From the NCBI GenBank assembly GCA_010093815.1, contig ML996565.1: DNA of 64,000 nucleotides. One strand, written 5' to 3'. Position 1 is the first letter of the stretch, and each line of letters begins with the position of its first letter. The position numbers and the translations under genes are program-made. Shown piece by piece: positions 51,906 to 64,000 of the stretch. Origin of the DNA: Pseudovirgaria hyperparasitica (taxonomy: Eukaryota). Under the pieces are notes generated by a model. That model was not told the origin of the DNA and made no database searches. It was given only the letters and a program-made list of their open reading frames with translations.

Positions 51906-52748
51906 ATGGATACAATACACGCTAGGTGCAAGGCTGGCGAGAAGCTAGGTCACGTCAAGGGAGAGCCACTCTCAACGAAAAGCAGGGTCCTCGAGGCTGG
52001 GGCTTCATTGATGCAGGCAGGTTTCAAATTGTCGCGTCTAGGCGTATACTCTAACAGACACTACAGGACCTGGGACCTGTCAAGTCTATCTGCGCGCACC
52101 TGAATGCTTTCCATGCATATGCAGATGAGCCAAGCCGACTTGTAGAGACAAATCATTACTGTAGCCATCTTACTGAAGGTTAGTGTAGCCAGTTCATGAT
52201 CACGTTGTTCCTGACTGTCGACAGATGTCCGTCAATGCTTGCTCTACGACTCGCCGGACCCCAAAGCTCGACTCATCGGTATCGAATATATGATAACTCC
52301 TCAACTGTTCGAAACTCTTGAGCCAGAGGAACGTTGCCTGTGGCACTCTCATGTCTTTGAGGTCAAGTCTGGAATGCTAATAATGCCCACACCGCGTCTT
52401 GTCCCTACTGCAGCTTGGGAGGTGGCCGAGACAAAAGAGATGGAGCAGGTCATCGAGCTCTATGGCAAAGTATATCATCTCTGGCAGACAGACCGCGGAG
52501 ACCAATTGCCCCTCGGGGAACCAAAACTCATGACGAGTTTTACGAACGAGAGCCAGTTGGACTTCAAGAAGTTGGTGCAAGATCGCGACAGTAGGTTTCA
52601 AGTTGACCACGCGTCGAAAGCAGACCAGCGAAAATACATTGAAAATCCTGTAATCCATGAAGGTGATTATTCCTTACGATTTTAGCATTAACGCCGTGCT
52701 AATTTTCGAACAGATGCTGATCACGCATGGAAGTCAAAGACCGATTAG
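51906..52748 (+). CDS. DUF1264 / oil-body-associated protein family, 4 exons
   Basis: [73 protein letters not shown]. Confidence 0.9.
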
Positions 52749-53878
52749 GTTAACAAAGTTACCGATTAAAAAGTGGATGAACAGGATGTACACTTGATGC
52801 ATGAGAGCCCAGATACAGGATGCAGCGTTGAGAAGGCCCATGTCATTATCATCAGAAGGTAGGCTTTCTTGGATTTCAGACTGCTCTTGTATATCTTATT
52901 CCATTAAATTATGGGATGAATCCTTTATTTGGTAGTATAAATATGTTCCCTCGTGTATTCATTACATGTCTCGTGATGAGCCATCCTTGAACAGATAAGG
53001 TGCAGGCCAGATCAGTCTTCTGACTGAGAGCTGGACTGGTAGTTCCATCTTGCTTCACTGTCCACACTCTACACATCCTTGTAAATGACGATGGTGAGCT
53101 CTAGCAATTTTAGAAGCGATACAATTCATATTTGAGTCACGCTTAGAGAACCTGTGAGTAAACGAAATGCTTTCTGTGACCATAGACAGGAAGGATGAAA
53201 GTTGATATACTCTTGATCCTGTGCCGTCCACAAGGATGTCATCATTTGGTGGACACGTGGCTGACTGCCAGTTGTCCATATAACCAGAGCATCAAATACA
53301 TTGACATGGCTGAGACACCTTGAGACGGAGATGAAAATGTGTTGATGCAGGTGGGAGCGAAGCATTAAAGAAGATTTTTGTAACGGCCGCAAATTTGTAT
53401 TAGGCGCACGCCGCACGGACTTTCGAGAGTTGTACTAGCCTGATCAAGCAAGACCTATATTTGAACCCTAAAGCCCAATCTTGACCTTATGCACAGGCCC
53501 GTTGACAGCGCTGAATGACTCTGCGCAGAATAGAGTCTGGTCTAAATTTCCCCGCGATCACTTACGTGAATCACCTTTCGACAAACACGTCAATATAACA
53601 AAGAACCTGTGAAGGCTTGCGATAGCTTTGATTTTGATCCGTTCCTGAACGTCGACGCCCGCCTGTAGCCGAGAACGAGCTCCCGGTCAAAAGTCCCAAG
53701 CTTTCACAGCCATCCAGGGACTGTGGAACCTTCCTTCACATCCTTAAGCCTTCTGTAATCGGAGGCTAACAGTTTTCACTTTGTTGATCAAAAGAAATCT
53801 GCATGCCTCGCCGCACATATCGTCAAAGAAATATTATACCCAGAGTGACTCACCTGACCGAGGATTGCGAGAGGAATC

Positions 53879-55464
53879 ATGGCAGGAGAGGTGGCAGGAG
53901 AGGCGAGCGCTCAGGTAGCGCAACAGAAAGGTTCATCCAATAAGGTTGCAAAGAAGAATGACGATAAAGGAAGCACAGCGACTGCAGGGCAGACTGGAAT
54001 GGATGCGACAGTAGCAAAGGTGAATATGGCCGAGGAAAAGAAGCGAAAGAAGGCAGAAAAAGCGGCGAAGCGTGCGGCTCATAAAAGTACTGGTCCTGAG
54101 CCCTCTGCTTCAGTCTCCACGTCAAACGTTCGTAGACCAAGTAGCACTGGCGACAGAGGGGCTGCCAACGCAGCGGTATGGATATTACAAACTGCTACCC
54201 TTCCAGACCCACCACTGACACAATTTAGACACAAGGCCACCGACAAAATCAACCGAGAAGCGCACAGGAGTCTCAGCGGCCAAAGCAGAACGTACAACAG
54301 AGAGGTGCGGGCGTGGATAGGGAAAGTGACGCTCACAAGCAAACTCACTTTACGAAGACTGCTCGTAAATCTTCTAAAGAAATACAGCCGTTCGGGGACT
54401 TTGCACCCAGAAAGAGGCCTCAAGTGAGCGATGCATCGAAGGAAGTTCATCCAGCCGTCCTCGCCTTAGGTTTTCAAATGTCTCACTATGTCGTGTGTGG
54501 CTCGACCGCTCGTTCAATAGCGATGCTGCTATCTTTTAAGGCCGTGATTGACTCGTACACAACACCAGTCGGTACATCTTTCGCGCGTCATTTTACTGCT
54601 CATCATCTGGCAAAACAAATTGACTTCTTGATATCATGTCGACCTTTGTCCATACCCATGGGAAATTCGATACGTTGGCTAAAGGACATAGTCATTAGGG
54701 AAGACCCGTCGAAATCCGAATCAGATACCAGGCGCGATCTGAACAGATATATCGACGAGTTCATACAAGAGCGATTTACTGCTGCCAGTACAATCATTGC
54801 ACAAACCGCAGCCGACCGGATACGCCCTGGCGCCATAATAGTAACATACGGTGGAAGCAGCGTAGTCAAAGAGGCACTTCTGACAGCACATGGTAAAGGA
54901 ACACCGTTTTCAGTCTTCTGTGTCGATTCCGAGCCGCTGAACGAGGGCTCCAACCTTGCTCTTGCTCTACAGGCAGCTGGCATCAAAGTCACAATCGCAC
55001 GTATCAATTCTTTGACGCGCCTTATGAAGAAAGCTAGCCTAATTTTGATTGGTGCCACTGCCATGACTGGTAATGGGGCACTGTACGCTCGCGCGGGTAC
55101 TGCTGCAGTCGCAACGATTGGCGATGTGAACAAAGTACCAGTACTTGTTCTTTGTCAGACTATCAAGTTTACAGAGAAGCCTATTGTTCATGGTCTAGAG
55201 ATGAACGAGAACGCTCCCGGTGAAGAACTTGTCGTTAGCCAACAACCACCACCGGATTCATTCGATGCTCAGACAGGTGGTATCATACGTGTCGACAAGT
55301 GGGCACAATGGAAGGAGAAAGAGGGAGTAAAAGTACTAAATCTCCTTTATGACTTGACTCCTGCCGAATATATAAAAGGGGTCATTTGCGAACACGCGAC
55401 AATACCTCCGAGTGCAGTACCAGCAATGCTAAGACTAAGCGGTGGCCCGGCGCAAGGTGCATGA
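53879..55464 (+). CDS. GCD2: Translation initiation factor eIF2B delta subunit, at least 2 exons
   Basis: Lys-rich N-terminus EKAAKRAA; VHPAVLALG, CRPLSIPMGNSIRWLK, VDSEPLNEG, RAGTAAVA, LYDLTPAEYI; intron at about 54176-54228. Confidence 0.92.
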
Positions 55465-56034
55465 GGAGCCTTGACACCTCTGGGGATAGTTGATCCTATC
55501 AACTTTACGAATCACCCGCTCCTGCGTGGAAGAAGCTTATTCAACCGTCTATTGCTCTAGAGTATATATGACAGCGGGTCTCAATCCGTGGAGACTTGAG
55601 AATTGGCTGCAAGAGGAAATATAGGCACTGACCCTCCCAGGAATGGTCACATTTGCTTCAGTTGAGACATCTTATACATGTAGCGATGGTTGAACCTACC
55701 AAGACGAGGTAGCATGCCAAATGTCCTAATACTTCCTTCAGCGTTAACTGCTTTTTTGTATATGTCCAGTCCTGTGCACCTTCATAATGTCATTGTATGA
55801 AGTGAGGTCCGACGGACGATTGACTATATTGCTTATGCTCTCTCGGCTACTGCGGCTAGCTCACTTAGCTATTCTCAAAAGGATTAGCGTTTTAAGGAGT
55901 TCTAAGGCTTGGTAGAGAATAGGGAGTCACTACCTTCGGTTCTGGGGAGGGCGAGATCTTCATCATTGCTGACATCAGTCCGTAGCCTGTTCGCGATTCC
56001 ATCGCATGGGTAGTGGTGAACATCTGAACCTAAA

Positions 56035-57744
56035 ATGAATCGTCGGCCCAGATACAGTACAGGATGGTATGTGCCGAATCGCTCGTGATGCGTGCCGTGC
56101 CGAACTGCATAGAACTAACTGTCTTCTGCAGTCTCGCCTGTAGGCAAATGAAAGTAAAGGTAGTTCCTATATCCTCTATCTCCGTAGGTCTTTTAACCTT
56201 GACATTTGTTCTGCAGTGCGATGAAGGTAAACCCGATTGTGCACGATGTGTCAAAGCTGGGCGGAAATGTCCGGGGTCTCTCAACAATGGGCAGGTCATG
56301 TTCGTATCAATGAATGCTGCAGTTATCGACAAGACACTACTACAGAGAAGCAATCAGAAGACCAAGAGTTCGACCACAGGTTTAGCGTCATCTTTAGATG
56401 AAGTTCTGGAGAGGCCGTCTCTGACGATGCGTCGACCCAATACTGATTGGAATCAGAATTCAGTTGCTCATTTCTTCCATAACTACGTTTCTGCTGTACA
56501 GGATGTCGGTCATGGCTATCTGGAATTCCTGCCAACCTACTACACAAGACATCGGAACTGTACTTATCTGACCAATGCGCTACATGCGGCAGCGATGGCG
56601 AACTTGGCTAATATTTCAGGTGACGCATCCATGCAAAGAGAGTCTATGAAATTGTACGGGAGAGCTTTGAAGTCGGTCAGCACTGCCCTGATGCACCCAA
56701 AGGCCTTCAAGTCAGACATACTGCTGATTGCGATTACCCTTCTTCAAAAGCATGAAGTAAGTCCTTTGCTGTCCTTTGGGTCCTAGAGTTAATGGGATTC
56801 AGACATTTAGCGGCAGTGAAAGAGACTCCAGGGGAATACATGAACGGGGACTAGTGCATCTGATCCGCATGCGTCGAAGTGACCCGCAAGCAGATCCGAT
56901 AGAAGACTCTTTAGCGAGGTCCATCTACTTCAGAACACAGATCAGAGAGTTGAGCGGTGAACCGCCTTATCTCCCCAGGACTTCCGAAGAAATCTATCAT
57001 CTCAGCTCCCATGAGATCGAAAACCAGCTTTGGCAATTACTCAATGAAACCGCCAAGGTCACAGCGGCGACACATATTCTACTGTCCGCACTGGTCAATG
57101 GGCAGCTGACGGATCGTGAGTGTGTCCAAGACCTTCTCCGTAAAGGCCTGAACACGCGAAGCGATCTTATGGCCTGGATAGATTCTACACCTGAAGGCTG
57201 GAAGTTCGTTGTTGTCCCAAACATCAACCTCAACAACGTAGATCAGCGAGGCTCTGTATTTCCCGTTGTGCCCAAACTCATATCTTTTAAGGATCAAAAC
57301 CACGCAGGCATATGGATGGGGTGGTGGCTAGCTCGCATTCAATTAGCTCAAAGGCTACTCGAGATCATTCGCTGTCTGCCACAATCAAGAGCAGATTACC
57401 CTTTACAGGCCACGAAAGAGCTCTTGCAAGCAGACATTTGTTCCATCGTCAATTTGATCTGTGCAAGCACTCCGTTTCTCCTTGGAGATGTAGATCAGCA
57501 AGGCTACCCAAGTCAACTTAATAAGTACCACCTCGCTTGTCCTGGTCTAGCAGCGTACTATCTAGCTCACGGAATGAGCATTTCCAATCAGATGCCCGGT
57601 TTGAATCCGGATGTCCGACGTTTCATCCTCGATACATTGTTCCGAGTGGGCCATTCGAAAGGCATCAACCATGCTTTATCGTCACGGAACGATTGGCTTG
57701 AAGATCATCCGGAGTACGATCACAGTCAACTACGCACGGGTTGA
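56035..57744 (+). CDS. Zn(II)2Cys6 transcription factor, 4 exons
   Basis: Spliced MNRRPRYSTGC-LACRQMKVK-CDEGKPDCARCVKAGRKCPG gives the six-Cys binuclear cluster; fungal TF C-terminal domain. Confidence 0.9.
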
Positions 57745-58475
57745 GAATAGATATGCCTTATTGCAAAGAAGTAGAGACAAGATCTCATGTCAGGATTCGC
57801 TCAATTTGTGTGAGCAAAATGCCACTCGCGGGATTTGAAGCGGTCCTTCATCCATGAGGGTTTGCGAGACACGGATGAAACCCGTAGAAGAGAAGTACCG
57901 AACGGTGGATAAGTCGAACATTGTTCTCAATGCTCAAATGAAACCAATTTGTTTCCAGGTGAACGGCGATGCCTGCGGTTTGGACGGGTACTATCGATGT
58001 GCGTAGGAGATATAGCGGCGGGCCTGGGGTATGCAGGCGACAAGGCAAGTGGAACATCGTTGGATGCAGGGTGCACTATTGATTTATTTCAGTCACAATA
58101 CACATCATGATGCGTCTACAAGTGATCGGGGAATTTAGAATTGCCAATGCTGCCACGCCACGGGCAAACGACCTTCATATCACCTATTTTAAGAATTTTG
58201 TCGTTAACCTGTATCTCCCAGCACCGTTCATTCCAAGTATAGAGGTATGACGTCAATGACCGCTCGAGGAAACTTTACAATCCGTCCGTAACTTTTTCAG
58301 CGCAACTCTTGGCATGCACGCCTATGCGCGACATAACGTTTTTCCATAGTAAATGAGCATTTTGAACATTATCGTGCATAGCAGCCATAACGTCGTAAAA
58401 TACGTCGAATCTACGTATATAGGCACTCATTAGCCTCATCTCTATATTATATAATACTTAAAATACCTCTAAACC

Positions 58476-59111
58476 ATACCTATAGCGCGTCGTAGCGGTA
58501 AGAGGGCTCGTTTTAGTAGGCCGCTTAAGATACCCGACTACTTAATAGAGGCTCCTCCTCCTCCTTAAACGCGTTATATATATTAACTAATAGTAAGGGC
58601 GATAGTAAGCCGTAGTTAGGTAGTCTAAAATAGGAAGTCTAAGAGCAAGACGGCGAATAGTATACTAGCTCCTATTATTAAATATACGGCTAGTATATCT
58701 AATTATAACGCGAATGCGGTAGAGATACTTATCTCTATACTATAGGCGTTAAATAAGGTAATAGATATACATTTATCGCTATCGCCGTTATATAGTAATA
58801 AGTATAATATAGAAAATGAGTCTCCTCTATTAAGTTCTTCTATAGCTATTACTCTCTTTATACTATATCTAATATTAGTACTTTATATTAATAGAAAGAA
58901 GGAGAAATAGAAGAATCTATCTTTAACTCTACGCGAGTTCTAGATACTAGATAAGACTAAGAATAAGATAAATAAGGCTATATAAGAGATAGTTATTAAT
59001 AAGTCGTAGGAGTTCGATGGAAAAACGTCTCTAGTTATCTAATCTTAGTCTACCTTAAATAAGTATATATACTTAATAGAAGTCTTATTCGCCCTTATAG
59101 ATAAGGTTAAG
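58476..59111 (+). pseudogene. RIP-mutated ORF of an unidentified repeat, cut by the Gypsy LTR
   Basis: aaacc-ATA (formerly ATG) followed by 212 codons in one frame; all stops are TAA/TAG; strong TpA excess and CpA/TpG loss. Confidence 0.6.
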
Positions 59112-59339
59112 TGTTAGGACTTAGTCTTAGGTATAATCTAATCCGTATATACCTTAGCTAATAGGGTTAGGAGGTAGCGGGAAGGGCGGTAAATAGTTAT
59201 ATACTAGATAGATTAGCGTCCCTTTATATATATACTCTTAGATTTCTACTAAAAGGGTTCGATAGTAATTCATTCTATAATAGAATATACTCTATTATTC
59301 TATCTAACTATACTACTATCTAATAACCCTATTCTTATA
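59112..59339 (+). repeat. Putative 5' LTR of the Ty3/Gypsy element
   Basis: Starts TGTTAGGA and ends TCTTATA (RIP form of TG...CA termini); TATA at about 59224. No second LTR in the window to confirm. Confidence 0.6.
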
Positions 59340-61760
59340 TTCGAATTACTCCCTATATAGTACTATAGTTAAGATAGTCTAACTAGAACCGAGAAGGTCG
59401 ACACGATCTACTATAGGGATAAGTAATACTATATTAAATAATAGGGATCCTCTATAATTAGTATTAATCCCGGCCGTTTCTAACTAAGAAGTAGAAATAT
59501 TAGACTAAATCACGGAGCTTTTAGACGAAGAAATAGTAGAGACGCTAAGTAACTTCTAATAATATAAAGCCGGATAATAAGTCGTGGCGGAGCCACGCGA
59601 GATATTATAATAAACTATCGCTAAACTTTAGGAATACGTCGTAAATTAGGCTTAAGAGATTTAAACCCTTAAAGAATAGGTAGAACGCGCGAAACTCCTC
59701 GTAAAGAGACGAGAACTTAAGGAGTCTCTTAAAGAACTACGCTAAATAATAGTAGGTGGACGACTTCCTATACTAATTCAGACGGAATTAGTTCACCTAC
59801 CATTAGAGTTACGATAATCTACCATATACCCGGCCGCTTTATTACCGATTTACCCTACTCCTTCCCTAGATATACTAAAATCTAAAGACCCGACTATATT
59901 TATAGGGAAGAACTAAAAGGAGTAGAAAGACTAGAAGAGAGACTACGAAAAGTACTTCCTTAATAACCCTCTACTCTTTTCTACTAAAGTATAACGCATT
60001 TCGTTTAGAGAACGATACCTAGACTTATAATCCCGCGATTAATAGGATAGATAGAAGGAAGTATAGCTACTATCTACGATAACCTAGGAATATTTAGCTA
60101 TATTTATACTAAACACCCTCGGAACAGATAGAGAACGTGAAAGAAAGGCACTATCTAAGTTAAGAAGCGTGGTATAACGACCGAACTAGACACCTACTTA
60201 ACTACTATAATACCTCTAAAACCTATAGAATAATATCCCTATACTATAGGAAAATATTTATATATTCTAGTTTCGCGAAGTACTACTTCTGTTAATCCAC
60301 GAAAGACTAGAAATAATATTATTAAGTTTTAACTATCTATACGAATTAGAGGAGAAAGCTAATAAATACTACTATATCCTTAAGGAACGCGGCTCTCTAG
60401 GTAAAACCGACGAACCCTATACGGGTTAGAAACGAGGTTAATTAAATACATTTAATTAAGAGTAACCTTACTATAATTAGCGCTAGAAGAGCGTAAATCG
60501 GGGTAGAAACGTGTTAAGAGAACACTAAAATAATTAAGGCGGTGCTTCTTAACGCGGAAAAGAATAAGGTATAGACTTAAATATAACGCCTATCGTAAAA
60601 TAGTAGGATTATAGCGTACTTCGTTACTATAAGTATAGAGAAATAGAATATATTTTACCTAACTATAAGAATCTAAAAAAAGAATAGGCTAGTACACGAG
60701 ACCTAACCGCGTTCTTAGCTAAATTATATATACTTAGAAGGAGCCGTAGCGCCTTCCGGCGAGTAAAGACCTAATATTACTAAAAGTATCGTTACCTATA
60801 GTAAATAGTAATAAAACTATATAGGCCCTCGTGGATACTAGTATAGAAGATAACTATATTTTATTAATTCTTATAAAGGAGTATAGATTATTATATAATC
60901 TCGGTAAAGTTAGCCGAACTATCATAGTTAATAGATATAAAGTTAGAACTTTAGGTAAAGCTATAATAAATTATAAAGTTCATGACTCGAAGATAATAAA
61001 ATAGTAGATGTCTAATGAATTTATCGTGGCTAATATTAGCTAATAGAATATGATTCTAGAGATGCCTTAGCTTAGACGCCTAAACCCTATCCTTAATTTT
61101 TAGAAGGAGATATTAACGTTCTAACGATACCGTAGTAAATTATACTAGTAAGTCGTAACTATTAGTAAGGAGGCATGGAACCTTACCGTGCGGACCTAAT
61201 CGTCGCTAATCTATCTTACGTCCTTATCGATCGTCGATAAAGATAAGGACGATAGTAATAATCGGGGCGAAGACACGCTATCTAACGTATATTTATAGTA
61301 TATAGATATATTTTTAGTAGGAGATACGTTACTTCTCCCTAATCATAGACTATATAAGCTAAAGATCGAGCTCGAAGAGGGAGTAGACGTCCCTTATAGC
61401 CTACTTTACCTACTTTTAAGACTAGAACTCGAAGTTCTTTATAAATATATTAAAGAATACCTCGAAAGAAGCTAGATACGTTATAGTATATTATTAGCCG
61501 GCGTATCTATTCTCTTTGTAAAGAAGAAAGACGGAAGTTTATATCTATATGTCGACTATTAGGCACTAAATATAGTAACTAAGAAGAATTATCACCTATT
61601 ACCGCTAGTTAGTAAATCTTTAGACTAATTAATAAAGGTAAAGTACTTTACAAAGCTAGATTTACGAGATATATATTACCGACTTTAAATTCGTCGCGGA
61701 GATGAGTAGAAAACCGCATTTCGGACTAGATATAGTTATTTTAAGTATACTATTATACTA
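59112..61760 (+). mobile_element. RIP-degraded Ty3/Gypsy (chromovirus-like) LTR retrotransposon: gag, protease, N-terminal RT
   Basis: Gag knuckle RYYKYREIEYILPNY (de-RIP CxxCxxxxHxxxxC); protease ALVDT; RT LFVKKKDGSLYLYVDY*ALN, FTKLDLRD and KTAFRTRY. Confidence 0.92.
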
Positions 61761-64000
61761 CTAAAAAAACTTCTCATACCCCAACGGACCAAACTAGTTA
61801 ATTCGGGGTAAAATAGCGATTTATATACATTAAACGATAGAGTATACCGAGTATAACAACCTCTAATACACGTGCGTACATGTAGTATATAATACACGAC
61901 GATACCGACGTGTAGAGATACTATATATATATACTCGAAGACTCTTCGATAATATAAGTATAGACTATATCTAATAAACGCCGACACGCTGACCCCCTTT
62001 TATTAGTTAAGGGCTACCCTTAACTAATAACTATAGCGGCCTTAGGTATCGTAATACCCCGGTATACGCTAGATATACCCCTACTAGTACGGTAGAAACG
62101 GCTATATAGTAATATTAATATAGATAGCTAGACACCTATCTAAAATATAGAAACTAACTAAGGGTGCAAAGCGCTATAGATAACCTAGACTAAGGGGACC
62201 CTAAGAGGGGAGACCCTCCTAGATAAAATTAAATACTAGATAATATATATAGAGAGGGACGCTAAGGAGGGAAAGAAGACCCTCCTTTATATATTCCGGG
62301 ACCTTATCCGGAACCTAAGAGGAATCACGGAGGAAGAAAGAAAGTCGCCACGAGAGGAACCTAGTAGTAGACTCGACTAAATAGAAGCTAGTCTATAGAG
62401 AATCTAGGAAGAGCTATTCTAAGGTAAGCGCCCTAACACGTGGGCTTAGATTATAGTAATACCCGGAGCTACCGTACTAAGGACTACTAGGACCATAGAT
62501 AGAGTATATAGTATACGTGTCGTAATCTAGGATAAGGACACGCTAGCGTAGGTCTAATAGGCATCCCTAAAGGAAATTATAAATAAGATTAATAAATAGA
62601 AAGGAATATAGTTAAGCGTCGTAGCTACTAAAGTTACGCTAGGTAGGGTAGTACTTACTACTATAATGAATACTACGTAGTAAAACATCTCGCGAGATCC
62701 GAACGCGATAGGTAGTATCTTCCCTAGCGCGTCTATTAGGGTAGCTATATACCCGATTATAGTATACGTAGTACCCGTGTAGGGATAGGCTATCGGAGCG
62801 GAGGATATTACGCGTATAGAATAATCTAACACGCGAAAATACCTAGGGATTAAGATCGTAAAAGCGTGGTAGAAGAACCTATAGACGATTAAGACGACGG
62901 CGAAAAAACACTCTACTATAATTATAGAGCTCCGAGACCCCGCCCTCGTATAATATATTATATAGAAGGGATTTCTAATAGAAGGAGAGCTCCTTATGGC
63001 CGAGCTATAGAATAGGGCATGGGTAATAATATAGTACTTTAACTATTAAGGGTATAGATATACTATATAAAGGTACTTATAGAAGACTAAGTGCGGATAG
63101 TACCGTAGGGACCACGCTACCTAGGAGTACCCTTATGAACCGCGAGGAGACGGACTAAGAAATAGGGATATAGTATAGTATTTAAACTACGATGGGAAAC
63201 ACCCGTCGTAGTCATTAATATATATAAAATATAAATAGATTATAGAATATATTCGCACGATAAAAGTAAGAGGCGTGAGATAGTTATAGAATATAATATC
63301 TACCACGAGCCCTTCCTTTATAATACCCCTAACCTCCCCTCCGGAAGGTAGTTAGGTAGGATAGTAGACTATCCCAAAGACGATAGGACGACTAAAAGGC
63401 ATAGTTAAAGCCGCTACCGCGCGAGGATAGTCGCGCCTCTAAGGAATAAGTATATAGATATATATACTCCCTAGTACCTAATAAGGGACTAGAATATACT
63501 CTAAATTATATAGGTAAACATATAATATAAAAGAGAGAACTAGGCGACGCTCCTCGAAGAGACCGGGGCTATAATACTCGCTATCTAGGAACTCTATAAA
63601 CACTACTAGACGAGTAAACCAACTATACACCCCGGATACCATACTATATACCCTCTAGGACTAGAAAGACGAGTCCTCTTCCATATTTATAGGTTAATAC
63701 TACTCTTATTATAGTCGTATACCGAGCGCGATAACCTTAGGATAATACTACACCTATAAATAGATATAGGCCCCCTATATATATATAATATATATAACTA
63801 ATAACGTATACTTATACTAGATAAGATGCTTAAGGGTACTATAGAACTAGGGTAATACATCCTTCTAGGAGACTTTAACCTCTACTACTAATAGTAGAGA
63901 GGCCTAGCCATAGTTAGGGAAGAACTTAGAGTAAGGGAACTACGCACCCGCTACCACGACTTCCTATACCTACTTATACCTATAGAATAAGTTATATAGA
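61761..64000 (+). mobile_element. RIP-degraded LINE (Tad1-like): ORF1 zinc knuckles and ORF2 APE endonuclease; runs off the window
   Basis: De-RIP reading gives QCFNCQGYGH, KCGWCRGDH and CLNCDGKHPSW at about 63030-63230; ORF2 has LAI*ELY (AIQEP) and LLGDFNL at about 63860. Confidence 0.88.

Noticed and set aside
61736..62832. Minus-strand ORFs 61736..61987 and 62554..62832
   Set aside because: Tyr/Ile-rich by-products of RIP within the LINE.

Overview
Eukaryotic DNA from a filamentous ascomycete (Pezizomycotina; Dothideomycete-like by inference), with short GT-AG introns, CTRAC branch points and RIP. Bases 1-58.3 kb are gene-dense, with about 28 mostly intron-containing genes: RPL22, palH, PHB1/QCR8, tigA, EBP2/HSBP1, an ADA2-like deaminase, RRP46/PEX4, a GNAT, MIC10/URB2, YPT7, ATP9, PPPDE-Trx-PUL, GDA1, DUF1264, eIF2B-delta, two transcription factors and others, plus one dispersed 5S rRNA gene. 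From about 58.4 kb to the end is a RIP-degraded, three-layer transposon nest: an unidentified ORF, interrupted by a Ty3/Gypsy element, itself interrupted by a LINE. Most notable: (1) an intact cytochrome P450-fold gene whose heme-ligating Cys is replaced by Tyr and which has lost other heme and catalytic motifs, placed head-to-head with a Zn-cluster-less transcription factor; (2) three GC-AG introns; (3) uORFs ahead of palH and eIF2B-delta; (4) a Tf1-type self-priming site and a -1 frameshift site still legible in the Gypsy relic. All calls come from manual reading and recalled motifs; no searches were run. No CRISPR array or tRNA was recognised.
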